Shown here: positions 32,874 through 43,871 of the stretch, one piece after another | Layout of the letters: each line of letters starts with the position of its first letter | Numbering within the stretch: position 1 is the first letter of the stretch | Source: Coleofasciculus chthonoplastes F2-STO-03 | GTDB lineage: Bacteria > Cyanobacteriota > Cyanobacteriia > Cyanobacteriales > Coleofasciculaceae | Length of the DNA: 64,000 nt | NCBI GenBank assembly: GCA_040222015.1 | Contig: JAVJWO010000040.1 | Coordinates: 64,001-128,000, forward strand | Direction of reading: 5' to 3' | Translations under genes and position numbers: made by a program | The notes under the pieces: model-generated | What the model saw: the letters and a program-made list of their open reading frames with translations, nothing else | What the model was told of the DNA's origin: nothing | Databases searched by the model: none

Positions 32874-32927
32874 GTAACAATTAGTACAAAAAACCTATTG
32901 GGACTCAGATTAAGTATTCTTGAATAC
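32874..32927 (+). promoter_or_regulatory. Two NtcA boxes (GTA-N8-TAC) upstream of ntcA
   Basis: GTAACAATTAGTAC at 32874-32887 and GTATTCTTGAATAC at 32914-32927; TACAAT at 32925-32930. Confidence 0.8.
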
Positions 32928-33022
32928 AATATAGGGATCGTTCATTGAGCCGATTTTGGAGTCTCAAGCTTCATCGGCGATCACTTAGAAGTCAGTAAGG
33001 CTTTGGCGCAAGGGTAATAGGT

Positions 33023-33694
33023 ATGGTCGTAATGCAAGATAGACCGTTAGCAGCTGTGTTCCGTCAAATCGGCGGAAGCTCATTTCCTCCCGTTATTGAA
33101 ACCTTTGAACGGGGCAAAACTATTTTTTTCCCAGGAGATCCCGCCGAACGGGTCTACTTTCTAATGAAAGGCGCTGTGAAGCTTTCCCGGGTATATGAGG
33201 CGGGGGAAGAAATTACAGTTGCTTTGTTGCGGGAAAATAGTGTCTTTGGGGTATTGTCATTGATTACCGGTCACCGCTCTGATCGGTTTTACCATGCGGT
33301 AGCATTTACCCCGGTTGAACTGCTTTCGGCTCCGATTGACCAGGTAGAGCAAGCGCTCAAGGACAACCCAGAGCTATCTATGTTGATGCTCCAGGGACTG
33401 TCCTCGCGGATTTTACAGACGGAAATGATGATCGAGACATTAGCTCACCGGGATATGGGATCTCGCTTGGTCAGTTTTTTATTGATTCTCTGCCGTGACT
33501 TTGGGGTTCCTGGCAAGGATGGGATTACCATTGACTTGAAGCTATCCCATCAAGCGATCGCGGAAGCGATTGGCTCCACACGAGTAACCGTCACTCGTCT
33601 ACTGGGGGATCTGCGAACTGATCAAATGATTTCTATTCAAAAGAAAAAAATCACGGTTCACAACCCTGTAGTGCTGAGTCAGCAGTTCACGTAG
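33023..33694 (+). CDS. ntcA: Global nitrogen regulator NtcA
   Basis: [14 protein letters not shown]...RFYHAVAFT...[24 protein letters not shown]. Confidence 0.98.
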   Translation: MVVMQDRPLAAVFRQIGGSSFPPVIETFERGKTIFFPGDPAERVYFLMKGAVKLSRVYEAGEEITVALLRENSVFGVLSLITGHRSDRFYHAVAFTPVELLSAPIDQVEQALKDNPELSMLMLQGLSSRILQTEMMIETLAHRDMGSRLVSFLLILCRDFGVPGKDGITIDLKLSHQAIAEAIGSTRVTVTRLLGDLRTDQMISIQKKKITVHNPVVLSQQFT

Positions 33695-33728
33695 GCGTTG
33701 TAGACAATTTACTTATTGCTCAGGTTCA

Positions 33729-34727
33729 TCAATTTTGAATGCGAGAGGCTTTTGCTTGATTCATTTGATGAACTTTAAGCTGTATTGCGTTGATAAGAGT
33801 GTGGGCGATTGCCAGTAGGACAAACTCCCCAACTAAGCCGAGAATCTGTTTGAGCGCGATCGCGAGAGCCTGAATCACACCGGAATCACTCTGGAGTGTT
33901 TTTTTCAATACTCCGGTTTGCAAGTCCCACACTTTAATCGCCTTATCTTTCCCACCACTTATTAAGGTTTTACCGTCATCACTGATGACAATAGCCAAAG
34001 CAGTTGGATGTCCCGTAAAGGTACGAAAGACAGAGAAATTGCAGTAGAGAGATTCCGTTGAATTGTCAGAACAAGACTTCAACACTACAGGTTGTGTATC
34101 CCGTTTCAGGGATGGAAAAAGCTCATCCAGATGCCAGAAAATATTGCCAGTAACTATCACAAACAATACGCCTCTCAATAACCAAGAGCGACGGATTTTA
34201 TAACTAGAGTTTGGCGGCTCAAGGGGTTCTCCCTGAATAATCTGGGTTAACTCGCGGTGACTGCGATTTGCCTCATACCAAAACGAGCACCAGAAGGTAA
34301 ATAATACAACAATTGGTAGTCCTAAAAACAGCAAGCCTTCAACTCTAACCCCATCCCCCGAAAAAATGCTCCACAGAAATAGTGGGATAGTGGCGCTGTA
34401 CCATGTTAAGTACCAAAAAACTAAGAACCCAATCACGAAGGGATGTAACCTCATCGTGATCCGAATCACCGTTCCCTGAGATCCCGATTCAAATCGCCCT
34501 CGGATTCTGGGTAAAAATGAGTTTTGGTAATGAATAATTCGCCGCACCTCAAACCCATCACTGGAAATTGTTCCGGCATAAGGTGCATGGTTACGAGAAA
34601 AAGTCCAGCGAAATGTTTTGGGCGCTTCAATGTGAGCATTGAGCTTATCAATAACATCCGGCAATGGCTCGTTGCTTTTCAGGGTAAAGGTATTGTCGGG
34701 TAAGAGTTGCATGGGTTGAACTATCAA
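33729..34727 (-). pseudogene. Membrane protein with WD40 domain, apparently truncated after ~1.5 WD repeats
   Basis: N-terminal TM helices, then TGH...DDGKTLISGGKDKAIKVWDL. The WD pattern stops at the HIP1 at 33856-33863. Confidence 0.6.
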
Positions 34728-36847
34728 GAATCAAAGGCTTTATTGTGACCCGAATGGGTCACTAGTTGATCCTGATTTGATGCTTCACGCTGCACCCGTT
34801 CCGGACGTCCCATACCCGTTGTCATCGCATAATGTTGGGCTAACAGTCGCAACCATAGCGCGGGATAACGATTCTCAATCCAGGGTTGTAAGCGACGAAT
34901 CAGATTAGGGAACCACCCTTTAAGGAATCCACTCACTATAGCATTTCCAGTAAACGTGAAGTAGCTCTTCAGCCAGCGTAAGAAATCCTTTGTCCCTGCC
35001 ATGTCCCAAATCCAAAAGATCAGGGCAGGATTACGTCTAGCTGCTTTTAATGCCAGTCGGTTGAAGGTTAACCAATCAAAACGGTCTTTAATAAAGGTAT
35101 CAGCAACCTCTGGCGGTTCATCAGCTAAAAGCCCAAAGAAGGTATTTAGCATGGCGTTAACCCGTTGGGGAGGCAAATGACACCCGGTTGGCACCATCAT
35201 GCCTTTGGAAAAGAGCCAGGTGACTGCAATATTACTTTGGTGAGCGCGAATTTGGTTTAAATCTTTGGCAGTTAGGAGATTATGCCGCAGGGCGGTATCG
35301 AGTAAGTCGGTTAACCGATACAGGTTACGCACCAGGGAACCAAATCCGGTAAACACCAGAGGCGATTGTAGGGAAGCCGCATCCCCAATGGTAACCAGCC
35401 GATCAAACGCCACCGTGCGATCGCGACTGCTGATGCTAAAGTGTCCAGGAATATAGCCGAATGTGGGTTTCTTCCACACCAATTTTTCTACGTCGCAGCG
35501 GCGGTACTCCGGCAGAATTGTAAAAAAGTCTTCATACATTTCTAATAAAGAGCCAGGGTTCTCAGGATGCACCTGATGGTAATGGAACAGATAGATCGTT
35601 AGTTCTTCCCCGGCTCCCGGAAACAGTTCCCAAATCAACTGCCGTCCCCGGGAAATGTCGCCGTGGCTATTGAGAACGTCTCCATAGTTAGAATCCCAAA
35701 CCCCTGGCTCAAACCCACTGGCAATCACCGCACCGACGGTGGGGCAGACGCTATCAAACGCCCTGCCTCCATTCAGTTGCCAAGCGATGGGGGAAGCGGT
35801 ACCCATGGCATCGACTAAAAGCCGTCCTCTGGCTTGTCGGGGGGTTTGGCTGGGCAGATGCTGTAGACTGACCACAACTTCCTCTGGCGTGATCTCTGCC
35901 CGGATAAACTCCGTCTCATCCCAGATGTCGCCGCCGGCTTTTTGTAACTTTTCTCCACATAATTGTAACAATTTCTCTGAATCAATTGCCACATTGAGTA
36001 CTGTTGGTGTATGTAATACAGGTGCTTTTAAATGAGGAGGATTGTTGCCATCAAAGAATTTGTTGAAGCCATCAATATATTCTCTGGCGATCATGGCTTC
36101 AAACTCATCGGGGGTAAATAACCCCAAATCGATGAGACTCTGAAACTCAGACCGGGAAATATTCCATTCTCGGTTCATGCGCCCAAAGGGTAATCGTTCG
36201 ACCAGTAGAACTCGATACCCCCGTTGTGCCATCACGGCGGCGTGAATGACTCCCAGGGCGCCACCGATATAAATCAGGTCATAGGTGGACTTTGATCGGC
36301 TGCTTCCTCGAAGCTGTGTCGGTTCCTCGGTTGTCTTAAACACCACTTGTTTAGGCTGCTGTGGATTCCGTACCCCTTCGCGCCATCGTTTTTCCCACCA
36401 ATAGACGCGGTTGAGGTCATATTCCCCTTTGGGCATTTTTTGGAAGAAATGAACCGTCTGGGGATAATAGGGTGCTAAAGCCTCAAAGATCGACTGTTGG
36501 GATAAATCGACCTCTGGGGGTTCAGGATAGCGATAGGGAAACTGACGGTGTAAGTCCCCTGTCAGCTTCTGGAGTAATTGCCGTTCTCCCGCGATCGCGC
36601 GATCGCAAGAGCGAAAGGCTTTCAAGTAGGTGGTTCGCTGCACCGACCAAACAAAAATGGAGATTTCCGGAATCGGGACGCAAATCGGTGTAGATGAATT
36701 GGCTGAAGGCGCATGTTCAATTTGTACCAGGATACCATCCAGGGTTATCGTTTTCTTCCCCAGCTCAAAGTACCAGTCCTGCTGCAACCAGGTGCGAACA
36801 GTGTCGGTATCGGGGTTCGGTATTTCTACGTAGAGCAGTTCTTTCAT
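34724..36847 (-). CDS. cruA: FAD-dependent oxidoreductase, probably CruA-type lycopene cyclase
   Basis: YDLIYIGGALG, REWNISRSE, DAMGTASP, VCPTVG and GDAASLQSPLVFTGFG; ~700 aa with an N-terminal extension (CruP paralogs are shorter). Confidence 0.7.
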   Translation of the reverse strand: MKELLYVEIPNPDTDTVRTWLQQDWYFELGKKTITLDGILVQIEHAPSANSSTPICVPIPEISIFVWSVQRTTYLKAFRSCDRAIAGERQLLQKLTGDLHRQFPYRYPEPPEVDLSQQSIFEALAPYYPQTVHFFQKMPKGEYDLNRVYWWEKRWREGVRNPQQPKQVVFKTTEEPTQLRGSSRSKSTYDLIYIGGALGVIHAAVMAQRGYRVLLVERLPFGRMNREWNISRSEFQSLIDLGLFTPDEFEAMIAREYIDGFNKFFDGNNPPHLKAPVLHTPTVLNVAIDSEKLLQLCGEKLQKAGGDIWDETEFIRAEITPEEVVVSLQHLPSQTPRQARGRLLVDAMGTASPIAWQLNGGRAFDSVCPTVGAVIASGFEPGVWDSNYGDVLNSHGDISRGRQLIWELFPGAGEELTIYLFHYHQVHPENPGSLLEMYEDFFTILPEYRRCDVEKLVWKKPTFGYIPGHFSISSRDRTVAFDRLVTIGDAASLQSPLVFTGFGSLVRNLYRLTDLLDTALRHNLLTAKDLNQIRAHQSNIAVTWLFSKGMMVPTGCHLPPQRVNAMLNTFFGLLADEPPEVADTFIKDRFDWLTFNRLALKAARRNPALIFWIWDMAGTKDFLRWLKSYFTFTGNAIVSGFLKGWFPNLIRRLQPWIENRYPALWLRLLAQHYAMTTGMGRPERVQREASNQDQLVTHSGHNKAFDS

Positions 36848-37003
36848 CGGAGTGATCTGATTCGCTGAAGAATTAGGCAAGATAACGGAGGTGACTTGAA
36901 GCAAAATACGCTACACTTCCGGATACTGATTGGTTTAATATTAGTAAAAAAAGTTTACACTCTTCTCATTTTCGGTAAATTAGGGTGCTTTTGTTAACTC
37001 GCC

Positions 37004-37270
37004 ATGAATTATCCCATCCCAGTTAGTCCCCAAGAAATGACGGCTCTCCGTCAAAAACCAGTGAACGAAGAATTAGTAGCAGCGGCAATTGCCGGTGTCA
37101 TTCAGATTGCCCGTTCTCAAGGACAGTCCTTAGACGAGCTTACCGCTGAAGTGCTAGCGGACGATAGTGTCTTAGATCAGGCACAACGACGCTGGCTTAG
37201 TGATATTGTCGCCCAAGCCTGGAATATTATGCCGTCCATAGAGGCGGTGGAGAGTATCCCGGTTTCTTGA
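37004..37270 (+). CDS. Conserved cyanobacterial hypothetical protein
   Basis: Clean 88-aa ORF: ELVAAAIAGVIQIARSQGQSLDELTAEVLADD. Confidence 0.7.
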   Translation: MNYPIPVSPQEMTALRQKPVNEELVAAAIAGVIQIARSQGQSLDELTAEVLADDSVLDQAQRRWLSDIVAQAWNIMPSIEAVESIPVS

Positions 37271-37734
37271 GGATGTCAAGCGGTGCCAATCATCGCTTGA
37301 CCCCAGGTTGCGATCTCGTCATTATTGTAATTCTAGTGTTGACGGCTGACTGGTGGTTGGTGACTGGTGGCTGTTGACGGTTGGTTAGTGGGTATTTGCC
37401 GCCTATTTTGTCACGGTTCGTAGTCAGGACTTTAACCTAGACTTTGTTGGCTTTCATACCTCAACCCTGGAAATTTTCTATTGATGCCAATACTATCCGT
37501 ATCTACCCGGACTATTCCCGTCGTTTACCCATAGTAGATCCCGATAACCATACGTGGATAGTTGAAGCCGCGCTGCGCTAGGTAAGCTAAAGCTTTTGCC
37601 ACGGGATTTTTCTTTGTCCAGTAAAATATATCTTAATTAAAGATTTAATGAAACATTAGCAATTGAGTGAATTCTCTGATGGCTTCAGGAACTGACTAAG
37701 CTAGGATGAGATTAATCTGGATAACCCCAACGTT

Positions 37735-39711
37735 ATGTTTAAAGCCCGTACTCTGATTAAATTCCTGATTATTTTTTTACTGACGGTCTTTATTTTAACC
37801 TTTAATTGCCTTCATTATTGGATGTTCGATGTCTTCAATGTTTTGGGTCAAAACTCCCTGGCAGGCAATCAGTACAATTACGGTGAGGTATTGCAGAAAG
37901 CGGTTTATTTTTATGATGTGCAGCGCTCCGGAAAACTGCCTGCCAATAATCGAGTGGAATGGCGAGGGGATTCGGCTTTAACCGATGGCGCGGATAATGG
38001 GATTGACTTAACTGGAGGCTGGTATGATGCCGGGGATCATCTAAAATTTGGCTTTCCCATGGCAGCTTCAACCACACTGCTGGCTTGGGGCGTCATTGAA
38101 TACGAAGACGCTTATAAAGAAAGTGGTCAATATAACGCCATGCTGGATAATTTACGCTGGGTTAATGACTATTTTATTAAAGCCCATCCTGCGCCAACAG
38201 TGTTGTGGGGTCAGGTGGGTAAAGGGAGTTTAGATCATGGGTGGTGGGGGGCGGCGGAGGTGATGCCAATGGAGCGCCCTTCCTATAAAATTGATGCCAC
38301 TTGTCCGGGTTCAGATTTAGCTGGAGAAACCGCCGCCGCGATGGCAGCTTCAGCTATGGTTTTTCAAGCAACCGATGCGAATTATGCCCAAACTCTGCTC
38401 AAACATGCCCAGGAACTCTACGACTTTGCTGAGCAATATCCGGGCAATTATTCCGATTGTATTACCGAGGCGGCGGAGTATTATCAATCCAGTGGTTATA
38501 CCGATGAACTGGTTTGGGGTGCAGCATGGCTTTATCGAGCCACACAAATGCCGGAGTATTTACAAAAAGCTGAAGCCTATTATGAGCAGTTAAGGGATCA
38601 ACCTAATGCGACTCTCGCTTATAATTGGACGCATACCTGGGATGATAAATCTTATGGCAGTTATGTCTTATTAGCTGAATTAACCGGAAAAACCAAGTAT
38701 CGACAAGACGCCGAACGTTGGTTAGACTATTGGTGCGATCGCTGTCAGTGGAAACACATCTCTTATACTCCAGGAGGACTGGCTTGGCTGGATGAATGGG
38801 GTTCGTTAAGATATACGGCAAAAACGGCATTTTTAGCCTTTATTTATGGGGACTCAGTAGACTCGGCTTGGACGCGACGAAAATATCATGCCTTTGCCGA
38901 ACGGCAGATTAATTATATGTTAGGATCGAATCCAGATCAGCGGAGTTATGTGGTTGGATTTGGCAATAACCCACCCAGACAACCCCATCATCGAACAGCC
39001 CATGGTTCTTGGGCAAATAGTAAAGAAATTCCGGAAGAAACGCGGCATATTTTGTATGGAGCCTTAGTGGGTGGACCCGATCAGCAGGATAATTATATCG
39101 ATGAACGATCTAATTTTCAGATGACTGAAGTGGCTACAGATTATAATGCCGGATTTACGGGGGCTGTGGCGAAACTCTATCAGAAATATGGGGGTAAACC
39201 CTTAGCCAATTTTCCGGAACCAGAACAACGAAGTGATGAATTTTTTGTCGAAGCGCAAGGAAATCAACTGAGTGATAATTTAATGGAGGTTCAAGCCACA
39301 ATTTATAACCAATCCGCGTGGCCCGCCCGAATTATTCCTAATTTATCGTTTCGCTATTTTATCGATAGTAGTGAGGTGATTGAAGCCGGAGTCAACCCAA
39401 CGGATATTACAGTCAATGCCAGTTCTGAATCAGGAATAACGGTATCTGGACTCAATCCTTGGCAAAATTCGCCAACGATTTACTATATTCAGGTGGATGT
39501 AGATGGAACTCAACTTTATCCTGGGGGGGAAGCTTATTATAAAAAAGATGTCCAATTTGAGGTAAGTACACCGACAGGTATCTGGACTATGAATAATGAT
39601 TGGTCGTACCAAGAGATGCTAGAACAAGCCGGGAAGGGCAAACGTACTCATATTCCGGTTTATAATAGTGGACAATTAATGTTTGGAATTGAACCGCCCA
39701 AGAAGGGGTAA
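37735..39711 (+). CDS. GH9 endoglucanase with C-terminal CBM3
   Basis: DLTGGWYDAGD, PHHRTAH, YIDERSNFQMTEVATDYNAG; CBM3-like NQSAWPAR..LSFRYF...NDWSY; N-terminal signal/anchor. Confidence 0.92.
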   Translation: MFKARTLIKFLIIFLLTVFILTFNCLHYWMFDVFNVLGQNSLAGNQYNYGEVLQKAVYFYDVQRSGKLPANNRVEWRGDSALTDGADNGIDLTGGWYDAGDHLKFGFPMAASTTLLAWGVIEYEDAYKESGQYNAMLDNLRWVNDYFIKAHPAPTVLWGQVGKGSLDHGWWGAAEVMPMERPSYKIDATCPGSDLAGETAAAMAASAMVFQATDANYAQTLLKHAQELYDFAEQYPGNYSDCITEAAEYYQSSGYTDELVWGAAWLYRATQMPEYLQKAEAYYEQLRDQPNATLAYNWTHTWDDKSYGSYVLLAELTGKTKYRQDAERWLDYWCDRCQWKHISYTPGGLAWLDEWGSLRYTAKTAFLAFIYGDSVDSAWTRRKYHAFAERQINYMLGSNPDQRSYVVGFGNNPPRQPHHRTAHGSWANSKEIPEETRHILYGALVGGPDQQDNYIDERSNFQMTEVATDYNAGFTGAVAKLYQKYGGKPLANFPEPEQRSDEFFVEAQGNQLSDNLMEVQATIYNQSAWPARIIPNLSFRYFIDSSEVIEAGVNPTDITVNASSESGITVSGLNPWQNSPTIYYIQVDVDGTQLYPGGEAYYKKDVQFEVSTPTGIWTMNNDWSYQEMLEQAGKGKRTHIPVYNSGQLMFGIEPPKKG

Positions 39712-39758
39712 AATAGTTTTGATGCTTCACAACCTTCGATGGCATGGCGCGTGATTGC

Positions 39759-39825
39759 GTAGGGGCGGGTTTAGGGACTTTCGTGCAGCTATTAATCATA
39801 ACGTTTGTACAAAACCCGCCCTGAC
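39759..39825. repeat. GTAGGGGCGGGTTT...AAACCCGCCC REPIN-like element
   Basis: Inverted arms; homologous copies at 50798-50864, 54737-54892, 56364-56628 and ~62869. Confidence 0.8.
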
Positions 39826-40010
39826 TTGACCCTTCGCTTTGAGTTTAAAGAAACGCATCTGGGGTCATGTAGGGGCTACCCACTTGCATAAATATCCCGT
39901 CCACTCAATTTGCTCGGGTCGCCCTCTCCTCAAACCTTTAGGTGATTGTTTTTTTAGGAATTAAAGGTGCATCTACAGATTAAACTGTATAAATAGAATG
40001 GAATGATGTC

Positions 40011-41744
40011 ATGAAAATCGATAGACGTTTTTTCCTCGGTTGGGCAATATCAATGGCGTATGGATTCTTTGCTAAAGGACAAGCGCAAACGGTAAACCCA
40101 GATAGTCAAACTAAATTGTTGATTAATCAAGTCGGATATTCCAAAAGCCGTCCTAAATTAGCCTTTTTACTCAATTCAAATCATTCTGATACGAATACAA
40201 TCCAATTAATTAACGCCCGTACTAACCGCCCCGTTTTCGAGGTGGATTTGTCATCACCGCTCCAAGATACAGCCAGCAAAGATAGTATCCAACGGATTGA
40301 TTTTACCACATTCAACCGTCCCGGACGCTATTATCTGAAAATTGGAGAGATTCAGTCTTATCCCTTTGAAATTGGTCAAGCTATTTATCAATATGCTTTC
40401 AACAAAATGCTACGTTCCTACTATTTACAACGCTGTGGGGTAGCCATACGGGATTCTATCAATGGGATTGGTCATTCTCCTTGCCATTTAAATGATGGCA
40501 CCTTTGCCCATACGGATGATATGCATCGGGCGGGTGAAATGAAACGCGCCCAAGGGGGTTGGCATGATGCGGGCGATTTTGGTAAATATGTGGGACCAAC
40601 GGCGGTAACAGTGGGTCGTTTATTAAGTTTATATGAGCAATATCCATCGCTATTTTCTGACCGCCAACTGATGATTCCTGAAAGTGGTAATGGCAGACCA
40701 GATTTGCTGGATGAAATGAAGGTGGGATTGGATTGGATGCTGACCATGCAACGGCGCGATGGTGCGGTTTATCGCAAGCTTTCGGGGAAAGAATGGCCCC
40801 CCATGATTCTACCGAATGAGGATATCCAAACTCGCTATATTTATGGAATTTCCACACCAGAAACAGCGAAATTTGCCGCAGCATTGGCAATGGCGGCGAG
40901 AGTGTATTCAGGGTATGATGTGTTATTGGCGAAGAATTATTTGAAAGCGGCGCAAAAAGCCTGGGAATTTTTACAAAATGAACCCTCCATGCGTGTGGAT
41001 TGGGTTGAGGGGGATGATAGTGGTTCGGGGAAATATCTGGCTGGGGAGTGGGATACGGAAGCGTCGTTAAAAACGGATAAGGATGACCGTTTTTGGGCGG
41101 CAGCAGAGTTGTTGATTACGACAGGAGAGGCAAGTTTTGCGGCGTATTTAGAACAAGAGCTTCCTGACTTGCCTTATACTCTATTTGAATGGAAAGATCC
41201 CTCGGCTTTGGGGATGGCAGATTATCTGTGGCAAGCGCGTCAGCAAGGTTCAGAAAATCTGAAGGCGCAAATGAAGCAGAAGTTATTAGAACGGGCAGAT
41301 CGTTTACTGGATACGGTGAATCGCAGTGGCTATCGCTTGGCACTGGATAAGTTTATTTGGGCGTCGAATAAGATGGTAGCGGAGGAAGGAATTACCTTGT
41401 TTTATGCCTATAAACTGACCGGGAATCAAGCGTATTATCAGGCGGCGGTAGATCAGTTAGATTATTTGTTAGGACGCAATCATTTTAATCTATCCTTTGT
41501 TACGGCTGTGGGTTCAAATTCAGTCCGCAATGTCCATCACCGAGTTGCTGTCGCGAAAAAAACGGTGATTCCCGGGTTAATGGTAGGGGGGGCGAATACA
41601 GAAGCCCAGGATGGAATTGCTCCGAAAGGATTAGGTCCGCTAAGTTATGTGGATGATGAGCGATCTTATGCCACGAACGAATATGCGATTGATTATAATG
41701 CTCCTGCGATCGCACTGATGGGAATGGTGATGGCGGAAGGTTAA
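40011..41744 (+). CDS. GH9 glycoside hydrolase with N-terminal Ig-like domain and Tat-like signal
   Basis: DRRFFL twin-arginine motif; INQVGY; GGWHDAGDFGKY; VHHR; YATNEYAIDYNA. Confidence 0.92.
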   Translation: MKIDRRFFLGWAISMAYGFFAKGQAQTVNPDSQTKLLINQVGYSKSRPKLAFLLNSNHSDTNTIQLINARTNRPVFEVDLSSPLQDTASKDSIQRIDFTTFNRPGRYYLKIGEIQSYPFEIGQAIYQYAFNKMLRSYYLQRCGVAIRDSINGIGHSPCHLNDGTFAHTDDMHRAGEMKRAQGGWHDAGDFGKYVGPTAVTVGRLLSLYEQYPSLFSDRQLMIPESGNGRPDLLDEMKVGLDWMLTMQRRDGAVYRKLSGKEWPPMILPNEDIQTRYIYGISTPETAKFAAALAMAARVYSGYDVLLAKNYLKAAQKAWEFLQNEPSMRVDWVEGDDSGSGKYLAGEWDTEASLKTDKDDRFWAAAELLITTGEASFAAYLEQELPDLPYTLFEWKDPSALGMADYLWQARQQGSENLKAQMKQKLLERADRLLDTVNRSGYRLALDKFIWASNKMVAEEGITLFYAYKLTGNQAYYQAAVDQLDYLLGRNHFNLSFVTAVGSNSVRNVHHRVAVAKKTVIPGLMVGGANTEAQDGIAPKGLGPLSYVDDERSYATNEYAIDYNAPAIALMGMVMAEG

Positions 41745-41784
41745 CTTGTACGAGTTAGAAGAAAGGCTTGTACGAGAAAAGCTT

Positions 41785-41832
41785 GGCGGTTAGAAACCGC
41801 AGCTACACAAACCAAACCCGCCTGCGCGGGTT
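41785..41832. repeat. Dispersed repeat (GGCGGTT..AACCGC-AGCTA..CAAAC..CCCGCCTGCGCGG)
   Basis: A similar copy occurs in reverse orientation at ~63104-63151. Confidence 0.65.
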
Positions 41833-41977
41833 CTTCGATTAAGTCGATTTTATGTAGGGTGGGTAAGCATCTAAAAGCTAGACAAGTTTAGGCTAAAGAA
41901 ATAGCAAATTGGTGGTATCAATATCATCCTAATATTTTTTCATATTAGATTTTTTCTGAGAGATAGTGAGGTAATGG

Positions 41978-42781
41978 ATGTCTCAAAATCCAATCATCAC
42001 CCTATTAAGCGACTTTGGCATCAACGATGTCTACGTGGGTGTCATGAAAGGCGTCATCGCCCAAATTAACCCAGCCCTCACCATCATCGATCTCACCCAC
42101 GAGATTCCTCGGCAAAACATCGCCGCCGCCCGATTTAACCTGATGAACGCCTATCCCTATTTTCCCGATCGCACCATCCATGTTGCTGTAGTTGATCCGG
42201 GTGTAGGCAGTCAGCGCCGTGCGATCGCACTACAAGTGGATAATGGTTTCCTAGTTGGACCCGATAATGGATTGTTTAGCGGTATTTTAACCCAAAGTAC
42301 GATTGTTTTTGCTGTTGAACTCACTAACCCAGAATTTTGGCGCACCCCCACCCCTAGTCAAACATTCCATGGTCGAGATATATTTGCCCCCGTCGGCGCA
42401 CATCTTGCCAGTGGTGTTCCCTTAGCAGAGTTGGGATCAGTGATCGAACCCAGCACTCTGGTACAATTGCCGATTCCAGAATTGACCAAAACCGCGACGG
42501 GGATCACGGGTTCTATCCAGTATATTGACCATTTCGGTAACCTAATCACCGACATTCCCGCCGCTGACGTGACGGGAAAAACTTGGTTAGTCACGGTAAA
42601 TCAGCGCCAGATACCCACGGGTCAAACCTATAGCGATCGCCCTTTAGGAGAACTCATCGCCTTAATTGGGAGTCACGGTTGGGTTGAAATTGCTGTGAAT
42701 GGCGGTAGCGCTCAATCCGAGTTGCAGTTAGATTTAGGGAAGAGGGTAGACGTGCCCCTTCCTGGTATTGAAAGAAGATGA
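41978..42781 (+). CDS. SAM hydroxide adenosyltransferase (DUF62 family)
   Basis: LLSDFG, DLTHEI, VVDPGVGS.RR, GPDNG, TFHGRDIFAP and DHFGNLIT. Confidence 0.92.
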   Translation: MSQNPIITLLSDFGINDVYVGVMKGVIAQINPALTIIDLTHEIPRQNIAAARFNLMNAYPYFPDRTIHVAVVDPGVGSQRRAIALQVDNGFLVGPDNGLFSGILTQSTIVFAVELTNPEFWRTPTPSQTFHGRDIFAPVGAHLASGVPLAELGSVIEPSTLVQLPIPELTKTATGITGSIQYIDHFGNLITDIPAADVTGKTWLVTVNQRQIPTGQTYSDRPLGELIALIGSHGWVEIAVNGGSAQSELQLDLGKRVDVPLPGIERR

Positions 42782-42788
42782 GATAAAC

Positions 42789-43448
42789 ATGGTATTACAG
42801 CAACAATGGGACTCTGAGGTTTACCAGGGTCAATTTGGCGAATTTACAATTACCGACAGCGATCGCGTCGGGGTTATTTTATACCGCAGTAGCCTGATAA
42901 TTGCGGCATTGAGCTTTGCGATCGGTAGTGGTTTGGTCTTGTGGCAACCGGATAATCCCACTATTTTAACCGCCCTCACGCCCCTATATGGCTTGTTCTG
43001 TGTGGCGCTAGGTGTGAGTCTGGCAACGATTCATATCTATTTAGCCCCCCTACACCGCCTCCTACAACTGTTTTGGGGAATTGGCACGATTGCGGCTGGT
43101 GTGTTTGCCATCCAGAGTAGCGAACCCCTTGCCCTTTTCGTGTATAACCAACCTGTTACCCTCTTCGGGATTGGCTTTGTGTTTGTGGCGTTAACGGGGA
43201 TTTATTTCAAAGAAGCCTTTTGTTTCAACCGCTTTGAAACCAAACTGCTGACTCCCCTCGTACCCGTCTTATTACTAGGACATTTAGTTAATATGTTACC
43301 CGCTACCGGGGAACAGGTGCTTTTAGGACTGTGGACAGTTCTATTTTTAGTCTTTGCGGTGCGTAAGGCAATCCAGCCGATTCCCCCTGACATTGGCGAC
43401 AAGTCAGTTTTTACCTATCTGAAACAACAACGGGCGGCTCAATCCTAA
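42789..43448 (+). CDS. DUF2301-like integral membrane protein
   Basis: YQGQFGEFTI, IHIYLAPLH, KEAFCFNRFE and DIGDKSVF. Confidence 0.8.
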   Translation: MVLQQQWDSEVYQGQFGEFTITDSDRVGVILYRSSLIIAALSFAIGSGLVLWQPDNPTILTALTPLYGLFCVALGVSLATIHIYLAPLHRLLQLFWGIGTIAAGVFAIQSSEPLALFVYNQPVTLFGIGFVFVALTGIYFKEAFCFNRFETKLLTPLVPVLLLGHLVNMLPATGEQVLLGLWTVLFLVFAVRKAIQPIPPDIGDKSVFTYLKQQRAAQS

Positions 43449-43468
43449 CGATTAGGGGATAGTAACCG

Positions 43469-43871
43469 ATGAGCTTACCAGGAAAAGTCGCCATTGTTAC
43501 CGGAGGCGGACAAGGGATTGGCTTTCGCGATCGCGAAAGCCTTCTTAGAACAGGGAATGAACGTCGCGATCGCAGAACTTGATTCAGAAGCCGGAACAGC
43601 TACAGCCGCCGAGTTTCAACCTCTTGGTTCAATTCAATTTACTCAAACGGATATTTCCCAGGAAGATTCCGTGAAACAGGCGATTCAAGCCACCCAAAAC
43701 CAATGGGGCAGAATCGATGTTTTGGTCAGACATCAACTCCAATTAACCCCCCAGGATCATCAACAACATCCGGCGGGTAGAGTGGGCAAACCCGAAGACA
43801 TTGCCGCATTTGTGACGGGTGCGAATTTTGTCATTGATGGCGGGATGACCAGAAAAATGATTTACTCGTAA
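43469..43871 (+). pseudogene. SDR oxidoreductase, frameshifted and internally deleted
   Basis: MSLPGKVAIVTGGGQGIG, then a frameshift at ~43525. RIDVLV joins directly to ...HPAGRVGKPEDIA|AFVTGANFVIDGGMT; the NNA and YxxxK motifs are absent. Confidence 0.85.
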
